Assembly (NCBI GenBank): GCA_963677495.2
Contig: CAXXOU010000004.1
Location: forward strand, 480,001 to 544,000
DNA length: 64,000 nt
Direction of reading: 5' to 3'
Origin: Candidatus Cloacimonadales bacterium
GTDB taxonomy: Bacteria > Cloacimonadota > Cloacimonadia > Cloacimonadales > JAFGVF01
The notes under the pieces were generated by a model that had not been told where the DNA came from, made no database searches, and saw only the letters and a list, made by a program, of their open reading frames with translations. Within the stretch, counting starts at the first letter, position 1. Each line of letters begins with the position of its first letter. Both the position numbers and the translations under genes were made by a program. Positions 48,198 to 58,586 of this stretch are shown piece by piece.

Positions 48198-48572
48198 ATG
48201 ATCTACGGTATCGGTACAGACATAATTGAAGTTGCAAGAATCGAGAGAAGTCTAACTAAAACTCCAACCATGAAAGGTAGATTATTCAGTGATTCAGAAC
48301 AAACTTATTGCGAAAGTAAAGCACGTAAATATGAACACTATGCTGCCCGTTTCGCTGCAAAAGAAGCTTTTGTTAAGGCCTTAGGTACCGGATTAAGAAA
48401 CGGACTTGCATTTCATGAGATTGTCATCACCAATGATGAGTTAGGTGCTCCTGCAATCAAACTCGTTGGTGAGACTGAGAAGATAGTGACAAAGCTATCA
48501 CTGACCAATATCAAAGTATCACTTTCCCACCTAAAAGATACAGCTATTGCATTCGTAGTTGTTGAGAGATAA
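48198..48572 (+). CDS. acpS: holo-[acyl-carrier-protein] synthase
   Basis: GIGTDIIE, AARFAAKEAFVKALGTG, VSLSH. Confidence 0.96.
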   Translation: MIYGIGTDIIEVARIERSLTKTPTMKGRLFSDSEQTYCESKARKYEHYAARFAAKEAFVKALGTGLRNGLAFHEIVITNDELGAPAIKLVGETEKIVTKLSLTNIKVSLSHLKDTAIAFVVVER

Positions 48573-48609
48573 GTGCCCTCACTTGTACATAGCTATCATA
48601 ATATGATTT

Positions 48610-48808
48610 AGCCTTGAAGAGGCGTCAGTTCAATAGCCACATGCTTGGGCATGTGGTAATGTAATAAAAAAAATATTGTAGCCCTATAGGGGCGAAAGAT
48701 GAGCACGCTCGAGCTCTTGCGCCCCTTCAGGGCTAAAACAATGTCCGAGGTCTTTAACCCCAAGCGACAAGTCGCATGGGGCTATTAAACAATCGCTCTT
48801 TCAGAGCT
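48610..48808. repeat. REP-like triple-hairpin inverted doublet
   Basis: agccttgaagaggcg..aatagcc..agccctataggggcg / cgccccttcagggct..ggctatt..cgctctttcagagct. Confidence 0.8.
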
Positions 48809-48837
48809 GGAACGTAGATCAATATTGCAAGTCATAT

Positions 48838-48997
48838 TGTAGGGCATGCAGCCTGCCTGCCCACAGCTCGATAGAGCTGTATTCCCCTCGACAGAACCTG
48901 ATTATTTTTAGCTAAAGAGCTTTAGTGATTTATACCAATAAACATCAGTGGAAGCGCTTAGCTGTGCTAAGCGGACAAGCTGGTAGCATGTCCTACA
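48838..48997. repeat. GTAG-type REP doublet (REPIN-like)
   Basis: tgtagggcatgc ... gcatgtcctaca terminal IR with internal hairpins. Confidence 0.65.
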
Positions 48998-49261
48998 TTT
49001 CGACATGCAACATCGAAGTCGTTTGAAGAATGTCTGATGGAAATAATGTATCCTCTCCTACCTCACACGGGGACCACTCGGGGATCTCCCCCGCCTAGCC
49101 CCGAGAGGACCGGGGGAGGAGCGGATGCAAAGCAGGGGAAAATCTCAGACTTCTGCCATACATCTAGCAGAGTTCGACTGAATAGCTGAATAGCTGTCTT
49201 TAGAGAAAAGTCCTAAATATATTGTGCTTTCATTGACTCGATAGCAACACAGCCAATACGT

Positions 49262-49840
49262 TTAGTCGAATTTGTCCCTAATCTTAACACAAGGCATAGG
49301 GAAATGAATACCGGAATTATCTATTGGAAGGTGCTCATCTAAGAGTTTTTTCATCTCCTTGTATGGTGTAAGATACTTAGGAGAACCCCATAAAAACCAG
49401 TTAATTGAATCTGATCGTTCTAAAAAATCCCAGTCATTGATTGATTTCTTTCCTGCTTTAAAATGCTCGAAATTGAGGAGCATATTGTTTTGTACTCCTA
49501 AAGTTTTTCTGTCACCATTAGTTCTATATAACTTAATTTCTCCGAGAAGTTCAGTGATTGAGAAGGGAGAGTAGAGATTTATAGAATAACTTGCTTGCCT
49601 GAAGAACCAGTCGGCAATTATCTTATCAATATCTTTCAGCACTTTGTTGGTGACACAGGGGATAAAGAAAGTGAAGTAAGTTTTAGAATTAGTAATAAAC
49701 CAGCATTTCTTTCTGTTCAGATATATTAGGCGGATGTTCCAAGTTCCAAGTGGATGTTCAGTAGGCTCTTTTGGTGCCTTTTCCAGTTTGAATGGTAGTG
49801 TCTTCTCTAATTTAGTACTTACGTGAAAACGAGTAATCAT
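49262..49840 (-). CDS. hypothetical protein (DUF6933-like)
   Basis: 192 aa with GGAG RBS; LGTWN..RKKCWFITNSKTYF..RTNGDRKTLG. Confidence 0.65.
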   Translation of the reverse strand: MITRFHVSTKLEKTLPFKLEKAPKEPTEHPLGTWNIRLIYLNRKKCWFITNSKTYFTFFIPCVTNKVLKDIDKIIADWFFRQASYSINLYSPFSITELLGEIKLYRTNGDRKTLGVQNNMLLNFEHFKAGKKSINDWDFLERSDSINWFLWGSPKYLTPYKEMKKLLDEHLPIDNSGIHFPMPCVKIRDKFD

Positions 49841-50210
49841 AATACTCCTCCTGAAATAAAAATGTACAGCATAAAATTATTGTCAATTATAGTTATCAGA
49901 TATTGGTCACAACTCGAATATGATGCACTTCCAGGATAAAAGTTAGTAGTTGGAAAACTCATGCTTCTAATCTTTGCAGTATAGAAAGATAGCAAAAAAA
50001 TATGATATAATTACCCAATGAGCTGAATAAGCTAAAATACTGTGATATAGGCAGGTTATGGGTTTATAAGGCTTGTTTGAGGAGAATCGGAGTAATAATG
50101 CAACCCCAAGAATCTTTATAAAAAGTGAAATATTCCTTTACAAAGGCATTGATTTGATATATATAGCAAGTGACTTAAAATGGATAAATATATACATTAG
50201 AAGGTGCGAA

Positions 50211-50423
50211 ATGAAGGAAATGAAACTTGAGAAAGCACTTCAGCGAATTGAAGAAATTGTAGAAAAACTGGAGTCCGGTGAATTAGAGCTGGAAGAAACT
50301 ATTCAATACTTCAAAGAGGGAACTGAGCTTGTTAAGCTTTGCACTTCAAAAATTGATAATCTGGAGATGAAGATTACTCAGTTATCTACAGAATTAGGGT
50401 CGGTAGAAAAAGAGGAGATTTAA
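50211..50423 (+). CDS. xseB: exodeoxyribonuclease VII small subunit
   Basis: LEKALQRIEEIVEKLESGELELEETIQYFKEGTELVKLC; upstream of ispA. Confidence 0.92.
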   Translation: MKEMKLEKALQRIEEIVEKLESGELELEETIQYFKEGTELVKLCTSKIDNLEMKITQLSTELGSVEKEEI

Positions 50424-51322
50424 TGGCTGAACCAACAAAAAAAGCCCTGAAGAAAGATTTAAAAGAGAAGAAAGAGTGGGTTAATATTGTTTTAGACAGA
50501 TTCCTACCGAGAAAAGATGAGTATCCGAAAGATATTCATAAGGCTATGAGACATACACTCTTTGCCGGTGGTAAGAGACTTCGTCCTTATCTTATGATAA
50601 GAACCTTCCTGCTTTTTAGTAATGAAGTAGAGAAGATATCTCATCTTGCAGCAGCGATAGAGTTACTACATACATATTCCCTAATCCAGGATGATCTTCC
50701 TGAAATCGATAATGATGATACAAGAAGGGGAAGACAGGCTTGTCATATTTTATATGGTAGTAATATTGCTTTGTTAGCATCTGATGCCCTCCTTGTAAGT
50801 GCATTTGAGATTCTATCTGCAGCTAAACTTCCTGATGCCCTTAAGATTAAACTAATAGCAGAATTTGCTTCTGATATGGGTATCAAAGGTTTGCTTGCAG
50901 GTCAGATGGAAGATATTGCTTGTGAAGGTTTAAACAAACCGGATAAACGTAAGTTAACATATATACATAACAATAAGACAGCAAAGCTGATAAACCTTTC
51001 TATCCGTTTTGCCTGCTATGCAGCCGGTGCATCAGAAAAAGAAACGCAGAAGATGGAAAAGGTTGGCACTAAGCTTGGAATGGCTTTCCAGATAGTAGAT
51101 GATATCCTAGATATCGAAGGCACATCAGGTATGATGGGAAAGACTGTCGGAAAAGACGTTGCACAAGGTAAAATGACTTTCCCTGCAGTTTACGGTCTCG
51201 AAAAATCAAGAGAGATGGCTGAGAAGTATGTCAATGATAGTATCAAACTACTCAACAGTTATGGGGATAAAGCTGAATTGTTAGTGATGTTATCGGACTT
51301 TATCCTTACACGTAAATTCTAA
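50423..51322 (+). CDS. ispA: polyprenyl (farnesyl/geranylgeranyl) diphosphate synthase
   Basis: GGKRLRP, DDLPEIDNDDTRRG, GQ, KT, AFQIVDDILD, GKD..GKMTF. Confidence 0.92.
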   Translation: MAEPTKKALKKDLKEKKEWVNIVLDRFLPRKDEYPKDIHKAMRHTLFAGGKRLRPYLMIRTFLLFSNEVEKISHLAAAIELLHTYSLIQDDLPEIDNDDTRRGRQACHILYGSNIALLASDALLVSAFEILSAAKLPDALKIKLIAEFASDMGIKGLLAGQMEDIACEGLNKPDKRKLTYIHNNKTAKLINLSIRFACYAAGASEKETQKMEKVGTKLGMAFQIVDDILDIEGTSGMMGKTVGKDVAQGKMTFPAVYGLEKSREMAEKYVNDSIKLLNSYGDKAELLVMLSDFILTRKF

Positions 51323-51762
51323 TGATAGAACTCAAAATCAAGAAATTAAGAGAATCTGCTGTTTTACCTAAGCAGATGTCTGATTCTGCAGCAGGATTCG
51401 ACTTAACTGCAGACTTGGAAACTTCATTGATACTGAAACCCGGCACAGTTGAGCTTGTTCCTACCGGACTTGCTATGAGTATCCCACATGGATATGAAGG
51501 ACAAGTACGTCCTCGTAGTGGTTTAGCAATCAAACATGGTATCGGAGTTTTAAACTCTCCGGGCACCATAGATGCTGATTATAGGGGAGAGGTGAAAGTT
51601 ATACTCTTCAACTTCAGTAAAGATGAGTTTGTTATAGAGCATGGTATGCGAATTGCCCAGATAGTGTTTAATCAAATTGCCCCAATCTCTTTAAAAGTTG
51701 TTGAAGAGCTTGATGAAACCGAACGGGGAGCAGGTGGGTTTGGACATACTAAATTGAAATGA
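51322..51762 (+). CDS. dut: dUTP diphosphatase
   Basis: AGFDL, RPRSGLA, GTIDADYRGE, RIAQ, RGAGGFGHT. Confidence 0.98.
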   Translation: MIELKIKKLRESAVLPKQMSDSAAGFDLTADLETSLILKPGTVELVPTGLAMSIPHGYEGQVRPRSGLAIKHGIGVLNSPGTIDADYRGEVKVILFNFSKDEFVIEHGMRIAQIVFNQIAPISLKVVEELDETERGAGGFGHTKLK

Positions 51763-51770
51763 GGTAATAA

Positions 51771-52676
51771 ATGACTGAATTACAAAAGAAAATTATAGAG
51801 TTAAAAGAAGAGAAAGAAGCAGTTATCCTTGCTCACAGTTACCAGACTTTGGATGTGCAGGAAATTGCTGATTTTGTTGGAGATTCCTTACAACTATCGA
51901 TTAAATCATCTCAGGTAGAGAATGATCTTATTATATTCTGCGGAGTGAAGTTTATGGCAGAAACTGCTAAGATTCTTAAGCCTGATGCAAAGGTGATACT
52001 ACCGGTAGCAGAAGCAGGTTGCCCTATGGCTGACATGATTACCGGTGCACAGCTTAGACAATTTAAAGCTGATCATCCCGGGGCAGTAGTTGTCTGCTAT
52101 GTCAATTCTACAGCTGAAGTTAAAGCTGAGAGTGATATATGCTGTACCTCTTCTAATGCGGTTGAAGTGTTAAAATCAATCCCGGAAGATAGAGAGATTC
52201 TCTTTGTGCCTGACCAAAACCTGGGTAAATGGGCATCTGCTCAATGTGGAAGAGATGTGATTGTCTGGGATGGTTACTGCTTAGTACACCATTTTGGCAT
52301 TAAACCGGGAAGAATCAAAAAGATGAGAAAGATGTATCCTGATCATAAGATTATTGTACATCCGGAATGCCCACCTGCAGTTACAGAATTAGCCGATATG
52401 GTAGGCTCAACTGCAATGATGGCAAAGTTTGCAGAGGAGAATGATAAAGTCATTATCGGTACTGAGATTGGTTTATGTGAACAGCTCCAAGCAAAGTATC
52501 CGGAGAAGAGTATTATCACATTATCACCCGATGCAATTTGTCGCAATATGAAGAAAACTAAGCTTATAGATGTGTACAATGCTTTAGCAGATGAAACTCC
52601 GGAGATTACACTTGATAAAGATGTAATGGAGAAAGCTAAGAGAAGCGTTTTTAACATGATGGAGTTGTCTAAATAA
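51771..52676 (+). CDS. nadA: quinolinate synthase
   Basis: LAHSYQ, GDSL, CGVKFMAE, GCPMA, YVNS, CTSSNA, HPEC, C.NMK. Confidence 0.97.
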   Translation: MTELQKKIIELKEEKEAVILAHSYQTLDVQEIADFVGDSLQLSIKSSQVENDLIIFCGVKFMAETAKILKPDAKVILPVAEAGCPMADMITGAQLRQFKADHPGAVVVCYVNSTAEVKAESDICCTSSNAVEVLKSIPEDREILFVPDQNLGKWASAQCGRDVIVWDGYCLVHHFGIKPGRIKKMRKMYPDHKIIVHPECPPAVTELADMVGSTAMMAKFAEENDKVIIGTEIGLCEQLQAKYPEKSIITLSPDAICRNMKKTKLIDVYNALADETPEITLDKDVMEKAKRSVFNMMELSK

Positions 52677-52679
52677 GCA

Positions 52680-53297
52680 ATGTCCATTGCATCTAAACAG
52701 CCGGTCTTACTACCATTTAGTGCAACCATATATCAAAACAGTAAAGGACAAAAGATAACTGAAGACTCAGCCCGACTTATAGAGATTGTAACGAGTAAGG
52801 TGAAGACACAAAGTTTACGTGTCCTTGATATCGGTAGTGGAACAGGAATTATCTCGATTATGCTCTCACACTATACCGATTGGGAGATTAAAGGATTCGA
52901 GATACAGAAGCAGTTAGTTGAGTTAGCTCGAGAGAATAATGTTCATGCATCAACAGAGGTTGAGTTTATTGAACATGACATACGTGAGAAGCATAGTGAC
53001 TTTCATGAGTATTTTGATTTGATAGTTTCTAATCCACCTTATTTTAAAGCTGATGGTAGGATTAGTCCTAATCCTGAAAGACGAATATCTCGGTCTGATG
53101 AGACATGTAAACCTATAGAGCTTCTTACTGCTTGTGCGTATTACCTTAAACCCGGGGGAACTGCTTTAGTAATTTACCCCGATAGCAGGTTGGCAGAGAT
53201 AGATAGAATTATTATAGAAGCTGGATTCGAGTTAAAGAACAGATACTCAATACAGGCAAAGGTACCTAAAACTATATTGGAAGTTAAGAGAATATGA
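52680..53297 (+). CDS. N6-adenine methyltransferase (TrmN6/YfiC-like)
   Basis: VLDIGSGTG, FEIQ, VSNPPYF. Confidence 0.8.
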   Translation: MSIASKQPVLLPFSATIYQNSKGQKITEDSARLIEIVTSKVKTQSLRVLDIGSGTGIISIMLSHYTDWEIKGFEIQKQLVELARENNVHASTEVEFIEHDIREKHSDFHEYFDLIVSNPPYFKADGRISPNPERRISRSDETCKPIELLTACAYYLKPGGTALVIYPDSRLAEIDRIIIEAGFELKNRYSIQAKVPKTILEVKRI

Positions 53298-54070
53298 GAA
53301 GTATTATGAGTTTGATAGTTATAACAGCTATACTATTTGGGTGGTTGTTTTTGGACACAACTCTCAATACATATAAACAGGAAAGCTTAGAGTCGTTCGA
53401 TAAATACCCGATTATCATTTTTTCAAGAGATACAGCTTTACTTGCAAAGCTTTCTGAAACAATAAATGATACACTTTTTATTCAGAGTTCAACATTAGAA
53501 AAGAGGAACGAACTTTCTGACAGGTTGGTGAATAAGTACTCTCTTAAAAATGCAAAGCGTTATTTGGATGTGAAGCAACTTCCAGATGTATTAACGATTA
53601 GGTTTAATGGAATTGCAGCTAGTATTGAAGGTAGAAAAGTCATTTTAACCAGTTTGGGAAAACTCAGCGATAAGGTTGTTGTAAGATATAATGAAGAGAA
53701 TTGGCAGCAAATCGTTGAAAACTATAGTAAAATAGATAGATTCATTAGATTAATAAACCTGATTTTAATCGGAGTAGTGGCTTGTTTTGTGTTCGTTGTA
53801 AGACTGCTCCAAGAGAAGGCAACTACTGAGTCGATTATCAGAAGAAGAAGACTTAATCCGCTAATAGGAAAAAACAGATATAATATCTTCATAGAAACAA
53901 TAATCTATACAGTTGTTCCTGTTGGCTTGATTACACTTTTCTACTTTAACATGTTTACAAAAAATGGAGTAAACGTAGTCTTTGACAAGGTCGATATATT
54001 GGTTGTAACTGCTATATATTTAGTAGCGAACAGCTTAGTAATAATATTTACGGATAGGAATTATGATTAA
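53294..54070 (+). CDS. membrane protein, distantly FtsX-like topology
   Basis: one N-terminal TM, extracytoplasmic loop with LPDVLTIRF, three C-terminal TMs. Confidence 0.55.
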   Translation: MRSIMSLIVITAILFGWLFLDTTLNTYKQESLESFDKYPIIIFSRDTALLAKLSETINDTLFIQSSTLEKRNELSDRLVNKYSLKNAKRYLDVKQLPDVLTIRFNGIAASIEGRKVILTSLGKLSDKVVVRYNEENWQQIVENYSKIDRFIRLINLILIGVVACFVFVVRLLQEKATTESIIRRRRLNPLIGKNRYNIFIETIIYTVVPVGLITLFYFNMFTKNGVNVVFDKVDILVVTAIYLVANSLVIIFTDRNYD

Positions 54071-54599
54071 TAAGAATATACCAAACATTTTAACAACCGG
54101 TCGAATGTTACTGGTCCCAGTGTTTCTTTATTATGCTATAGTGCAAAACTGGGTTGTTGCACTTAGTATCTTCGTTATTGCAAGTTTAACAGATTTCTTT
54201 GATGGTTATCTTGCACGTAAGTATAAGATTGTAAGTAATTATGGAAAGCTTATGGATCCGCTTGCTGATAAGCTTTTAGTACTTGCAGCAGCCTTTGTAA
54301 TCTGTTTTTATCCGGTGAAACTTATTCACCCAATTGTATTCATTATTTTAGCACTGCGTGAAATTGCAGTAACAATCCTACGTGATGTCTATGCAAGAAA
54401 GCAGATTATCATACCTGCTAATATGTGGGGAAAAGTAAAAACTGTAACTCAGATGATTGGTCTGATTGCTGCTATGCTGATTTTGATTCTTAGTCCTGAA
54501 CATGCTGTATTATTAACAGCAATAAAGATATACTTCTGGCTTGTAGCCGGTATCACTGTCCTATCAGGCAGTAACTACTTCTTTGTAAGGAGGAAATAG
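54063..54599 (+). CDS. pgsA: CDP-diacylglycerol--glycerol-3-phosphate 3-phosphatidyltransferase
   Basis: PNILTTGR, TDFFDGYLARK..S.YGKLMDPLADK, GKVKTV.Q. Confidence 0.95.
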   Translation: MINKNIPNILTTGRMLLVPVFLYYAIVQNWVVALSIFVIASLTDFFDGYLARKYKIVSNYGKLMDPLADKLLVLAAAFVICFYPVKLIHPIVFIILALREIAVTILRDVYARKQIIIPANMWGKVKTVTQMIGLIAAMLILILSPEHAVLLTAIKIYFWLVAGITVLSGSNYFFVRRK

Positions 54600-54600
54600 T

Positions 54601-55659
54601 ATGAAGATTTTCAGAGTAATTCTTTTGGCTAGTATTTTAGCTTTAATACTAGGTTGCAATGTTGAAGAGAAAGATGCAGTAAATAATCTTTCTCAAAAAA
54701 TATCCAACATGCCACTATCCTGGGGGCAGGAGCAATACATTTATGTTTTTGCTGATCATGATTTATGGAAAGTGATGGGAGAAGATATAGAGAAGAATCT
54801 TGAACGCTACACAATGACAACGAGCGAAGAGGCATTATTTGAGATTAAACGTGGTGATGTGACAAAAATGGATGACTTCTACAAGTTTAGAAATCTCTTC
54901 TTTGTTGCAGATATTAGTGACCATCAAGCAGTTGCATCATATATTAAAGAACAGTTCGACAATGATGTTTTAGATAAAGTAAAGAAAGATGGTTATGGTT
55001 TCTTCGTGAAGAATGATCTTTGGGCTCGTGAGCAAACAGTTGCTTTTCTTTTTGCAGATGGTTTAGGACAGTTAAAGACAGTTCACAGCAATATCAATGA
55101 TATGATATATTCTCGATATGAAGATGCTTTAGTGCAAAGAATAGCAAGGAAATATAGCCATAAAGTTTCTGTTAGGGGAGAGCTGTTTGAAGGATTACCA
55201 TTCTATGTAGATATTCCAAAACAATATGTAGTTTATAAAGATTGGAAAGAAAAAAATGTAATCTCCTTCCTTTACAGGCATTATAAACAAGAAGGTGATA
55301 AACCTGATAAATATGTGACTGTGTATTATGAAAAGTCTGATAAAAACCCAATTAATCAGGATTGGTTATTCAACAAACGCAGTAAGCTTGGTTGGGATGT
55401 ATATGATAAAGATGAAATCAATGCTGAACATGTAAGGTTCTCTGATTTTAATTGGGGCAAGAAGAAAGGTCTTAAAATGGCTGGAAGATGGAGTAATATG
55501 ACTTATTTGATTGGTGGTGCATTCCAAAGTTTTGCTTTCTGGGATGAAGCAACAAATACTGCATATATTGTTGATAACTCTATCTTTTTCCCGGCTGGAA
55601 ACAAGCTTTATCATCTATTAGAGCTTGAAGCAGTGAGTAGAAGTATAAAATTAAAGTGA
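54601..55659 (+). CDS. lipoprotein (DUF4837-like)
   Basis: lipobox ILGC; DLWAREQ, GRW..GGAF.S, FFPAGNK. Confidence 0.75.
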   Translation: MKIFRVILLASILALILGCNVEEKDAVNNLSQKISNMPLSWGQEQYIYVFADHDLWKVMGEDIEKNLERYTMTTSEEALFEIKRGDVTKMDDFYKFRNLFFVADISDHQAVASYIKEQFDNDVLDKVKKDGYGFFVKNDLWAREQTVAFLFADGLGQLKTVHSNINDMIYSRYEDALVQRIARKYSHKVSVRGELFEGLPFYVDIPKQYVVYKDWKEKNVISFLYRHYKQEGDKPDKYVTVYYEKSDKNPINQDWLFNKRSKLGWDVYDKDEINAEHVRFSDFNWGKKKGLKMAGRWSNMTYLIGGAFQSFAFWDEATNTAYIVDNSIFFPAGNKLYHLLELEAVSRSIKLK

Positions 55660-55666
55660 GGAGAGT

Positions 55667-56446
55667 ATGAAAAGAGTTTTAATCATAGCATTTTTGTTAA
55701 TAAGTATCAGTTTCGCTTTTGCTAATACTTTTACCTATACTGTTGGTGCTCCTACAGCGAATGTGTTGGAACAGGGAGAGTACAATATTTGGACAAAGAT
55801 CTACAAAGCTAATGGTATGCTTGCAGGGACACAAATAGGTCTGTTACCTTATATAACCTTAGGATTAAGCTATGGTGCTGAGAATATGGTTGGTAATCTG
55901 AGTCCTGAATGGCACGATATGGTGGATGCTAATGTCAAGTTTAGATTTATACAGGAAACTCAAATGATACCTGCGCTTGCAATAGGTTTTGATTCCATGG
56001 GGCATGGAGCTTGGCATAGTGAATACAACCGTTACGATATTAAGTCGAAAGGATTCTATCTGGCAGCATCTAAACACAACATTTTACTTCCGGGCTTTGC
56101 AGCTCATATAGGTATAAATCGTTCTCTTGAAATTGAAGATGATGATAAAGATATTTCCGGTTGGATTGCTGTTCAACAGAGTATTGGTGATGTTGTACAT
56201 GTGTTTGCTGAATATGATATTGCAACCAATGACAATGATAGATCTATTGAAGATGATGTTATTGATGTTACAGGTGATGGAAAGGGGTATTTAAATGCCG
56301 GATTCCTAGTGTCTGTTTCAGAGAATATAGATATACGATTAAGCTTCTATGATATACTCAAGAACAATCCTCATTTAGGAAATTATAATGATGACAGTAT
56401 CGGAGTTGATAGAGCAATAAAAATAAACTTTAGGACAACTTTTTGA
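55667..56446 (+). CDS. outer-membrane beta-barrel protein (YjbH-like)
   Basis: signal peptide, PTANVL, PALAIGFD, GYLNAG, terminal F. Confidence 0.7.
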   Translation: MKRVLIIAFLLISISFAFANTFTYTVGAPTANVLEQGEYNIWTKIYKANGMLAGTQIGLLPYITLGLSYGAENMVGNLSPEWHDMVDANVKFRFIQETQMIPALAIGFDSMGHGAWHSEYNRYDIKSKGFYLAASKHNILLPGFAAHIGINRSLEIEDDDKDISGWIAVQQSIGDVVHVFAEYDIATNDNDRSIEDDVIDVTGDGKGYLNAGFLVSVSENIDIRLSFYDILKNNPHLGNYNDDSIGVDRAIKINFRTTF

Positions 56447-58377
56447 AGAAATTAACGATACTTCTTGTATTCATTCTTGCACTTGTCGCTTGTTCTAATA
56501 ATAAGCTACAGAAAGTACAATCTATTGAGGAAGTGGTTACAGAACCTCAAAGACCTTCATATCCAGCAATCCCATTATCTAATCCGACTCCAATGTCGTT
56601 AAGGTTTTATGCACAAGGTGATATGGCTGCTACCCAGGGTGATTATGCTAATGGCCTAAAACTTCTTAAGATAGCTATGTCGATTGATTCTACTTCTGTA
56701 TCTATTAAACAGAGATTAGTTGAAGTAATGTTGGATAGTGCTCAAGCGGAACCTGAACTTCTTTCGGAAGCTTTAAAGATTGCTGAAGAGATTTACAATC
56801 AAGGCTTCTTTAATAGTGATACACTAACAAGTCTTGCTCAACTATATCTCCATAATAATCAAACCGAGAAAGCACTGGCTATTTACGAAGTTAAGCTGGA
56901 ACATGATCCACAAGGTGAAGACTATTTTAGAGTGTTCGTAATTAATGCCAAATACCTTAAGAATGTTCAGCTTGAGTTACTGGATAAAGCATATGAGATG
57001 AGTAGAAACAATCACTTGCTTATTAAATCTATTGCTGAAGTTAGAGCTGTTTGGCAACAGGCTGAAACCATAGCAATGCTTAAAGATTCTTTAGATAAAA
57101 GCTATCATCCAACGATAATGGAATTATTGATAAGGATGCTTTCTCAAAACAAAGATGAACAAGGATTGGTTGATGCTCTGGAAAAGCATATCTCCAGTAT
57201 ATCAGAGTTTCAACGTGGAATTCTGATTGAACTTTTATATCAGCAAGAGAAGTTTGAGAAGATTGTTGAGGACTTCGATTACTATTATGATACAAATGAA
57301 GCTCAGATACAAAGATACCTTTTCTCCAGTTGTGTTGGTAAAGATCATCTGTTTCTCATGGATAAGATTTACGATAAATTGATTGTACATGAGGATTTTG
57401 ATGATGAAGATAGGGATATTTTCTCTTTAATGGCAGCAGAATCATGGTGGATAATTAGAAACCAGGAGAAAGCAGCAAGCTATCTGGCAGAAATCAAAGA
57501 CTTTGCGATTGTACATGATTTCTTTATTAAACGCTTTATTAGTAACTTCTCGCAAGAGGAGGAAGACAATATTGATTATCTTCTCTTAAGTCTAAACCAA
57601 TATGGTGTTGAACAAGACTATATCGACTTCTTGTTTGCAAGGAAATATTACCTTCAGGATGCAAATGCCCTAGCATACGAATTCGCAAAAAAAGTTAATC
57701 CTGAGCTACTCAAAAAGTACAATCTTGTTTCGACTCTTGCTGTTATCTATCTCCACTGTGGAGATGATGTTGAGACTTCTGATAGACTCTTCGATTTGAG
57801 AAATGATGAGGAAACTCTTAGAAAGAATGAGATATATGCTCAATACTACTATCAGAATGAGAATTATGTAGAAGCTGAGAAATATATTGACCTCGAACTT
57901 AAAAGTAACGAGAAACCTTCTCTATATGCCTTCAGGCTTAAGATTGCAATACTTGATCTGGAGAAAAAGTTTGATGAGGAGATTGAAATTCTCGAACAGA
58001 CACTTGTTCTCTATCCGGATGAGTCATTCATATTAAACGCTCTTGCGTATCTTCTTACAGAGACTAATCAGTTAAGTGACAAAATTCCCTACTATCTTGA
58101 AATTGCACTTGAAAGAGAACCTGATAATGTGAACTTTATTGATAGCTATGCGTGGTACTATTACAAGATTGGTGAGTTTGAAAAAGCAAGAGAAAGTATG
58201 AACAAGGTAATTAAGCTTGGATTTGAATCTAGTGTTATCGCTTATCATATTGGTGCAATTCATCATAAACTTGACAATCTGGAAACTGCTAAGGAATACT
58301 ATCTTAAAGCTCAGATGCTGGATAACGACACAGAGGCTGTGGAATCTGCAACAAAGGCGTTGAGCTTAATTAACTAA
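56443..58377 (+). CDS. tetratricopeptide repeat lipoprotein
   Basis: lipobox LVAC; LNALAY..P.N..FIDSYAWYYYKIG..YHIG TPR tail. Confidence 0.85.
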   Translation: MKKLTILLVFILALVACSNNKLQKVQSIEEVVTEPQRPSYPAIPLSNPTPMSLRFYAQGDMAATQGDYANGLKLLKIAMSIDSTSVSIKQRLVEVMLDSAQAEPELLSEALKIAEEIYNQGFFNSDTLTSLAQLYLHNNQTEKALAIYEVKLEHDPQGEDYFRVFVINAKYLKNVQLELLDKAYEMSRNNHLLIKSIAEVRAVWQQAETIAMLKDSLDKSYHPTIMELLIRMLSQNKDEQGLVDALEKHISSISEFQRGILIELLYQQEKFEKIVEDFDYYYDTNEAQIQRYLFSSCVGKDHLFLMDKIYDKLIVHEDFDDEDRDIFSLMAAESWWIIRNQEKAASYLAEIKDFAIVHDFFIKRFISNFSQEEEDNIDYLLLSLNQYGVEQDYIDFLFARKYYLQDANALAYEFAKKVNPELLKKYNLVSTLAVIYLHCGDDVETSDRLFDLRNDEETLRKNEIYAQYYYQNENYVEAEKYIDLELKSNEKPSLYAFRLKIAILDLEKKFDEEIEILEQTLVLYPDESFILNALAYLLTETNQLSDKIPYYLEIALEREPDNVNFIDSYAWYYYKIGEFEKARESMNKVIKLGFESSVIAYHIGAIHHKLDNLETAKEYYLKAQMLDNDTEAVESATKALSLIN

Positions 58378-58388
58378 AAGGATATCTT

Positions 58389-58586
58389 ATGAATAAAAAT
58401 AGCAAAGATCGTTTGAACATCTCAATGATGAATCTTCTCATCATGGTTGTTGCGGTTGTTTTAATAACAATCGGGTACATTATTATGGCTACTGGTGAGA
58501 TCACAATCTCTCCAATCATCGTTGTAATGGCATATGTAGTTGTAATACCGGTTGCTTTACTTATCCCGATTGGCAAAAAGGATTAG
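58389..58586 (+). CDS. small two-TM membrane protein (DUF3098-like)
   Basis: N..I..V.VVLITIGYIIM..ITISPIIVVMAYVVVIP. Confidence 0.7.
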   Translation: MNKNSKDRLNISMMNLLIMVVAVVLITIGYIIMATGEITISPIIVVMAYVVVIPVALLIPIGKKD

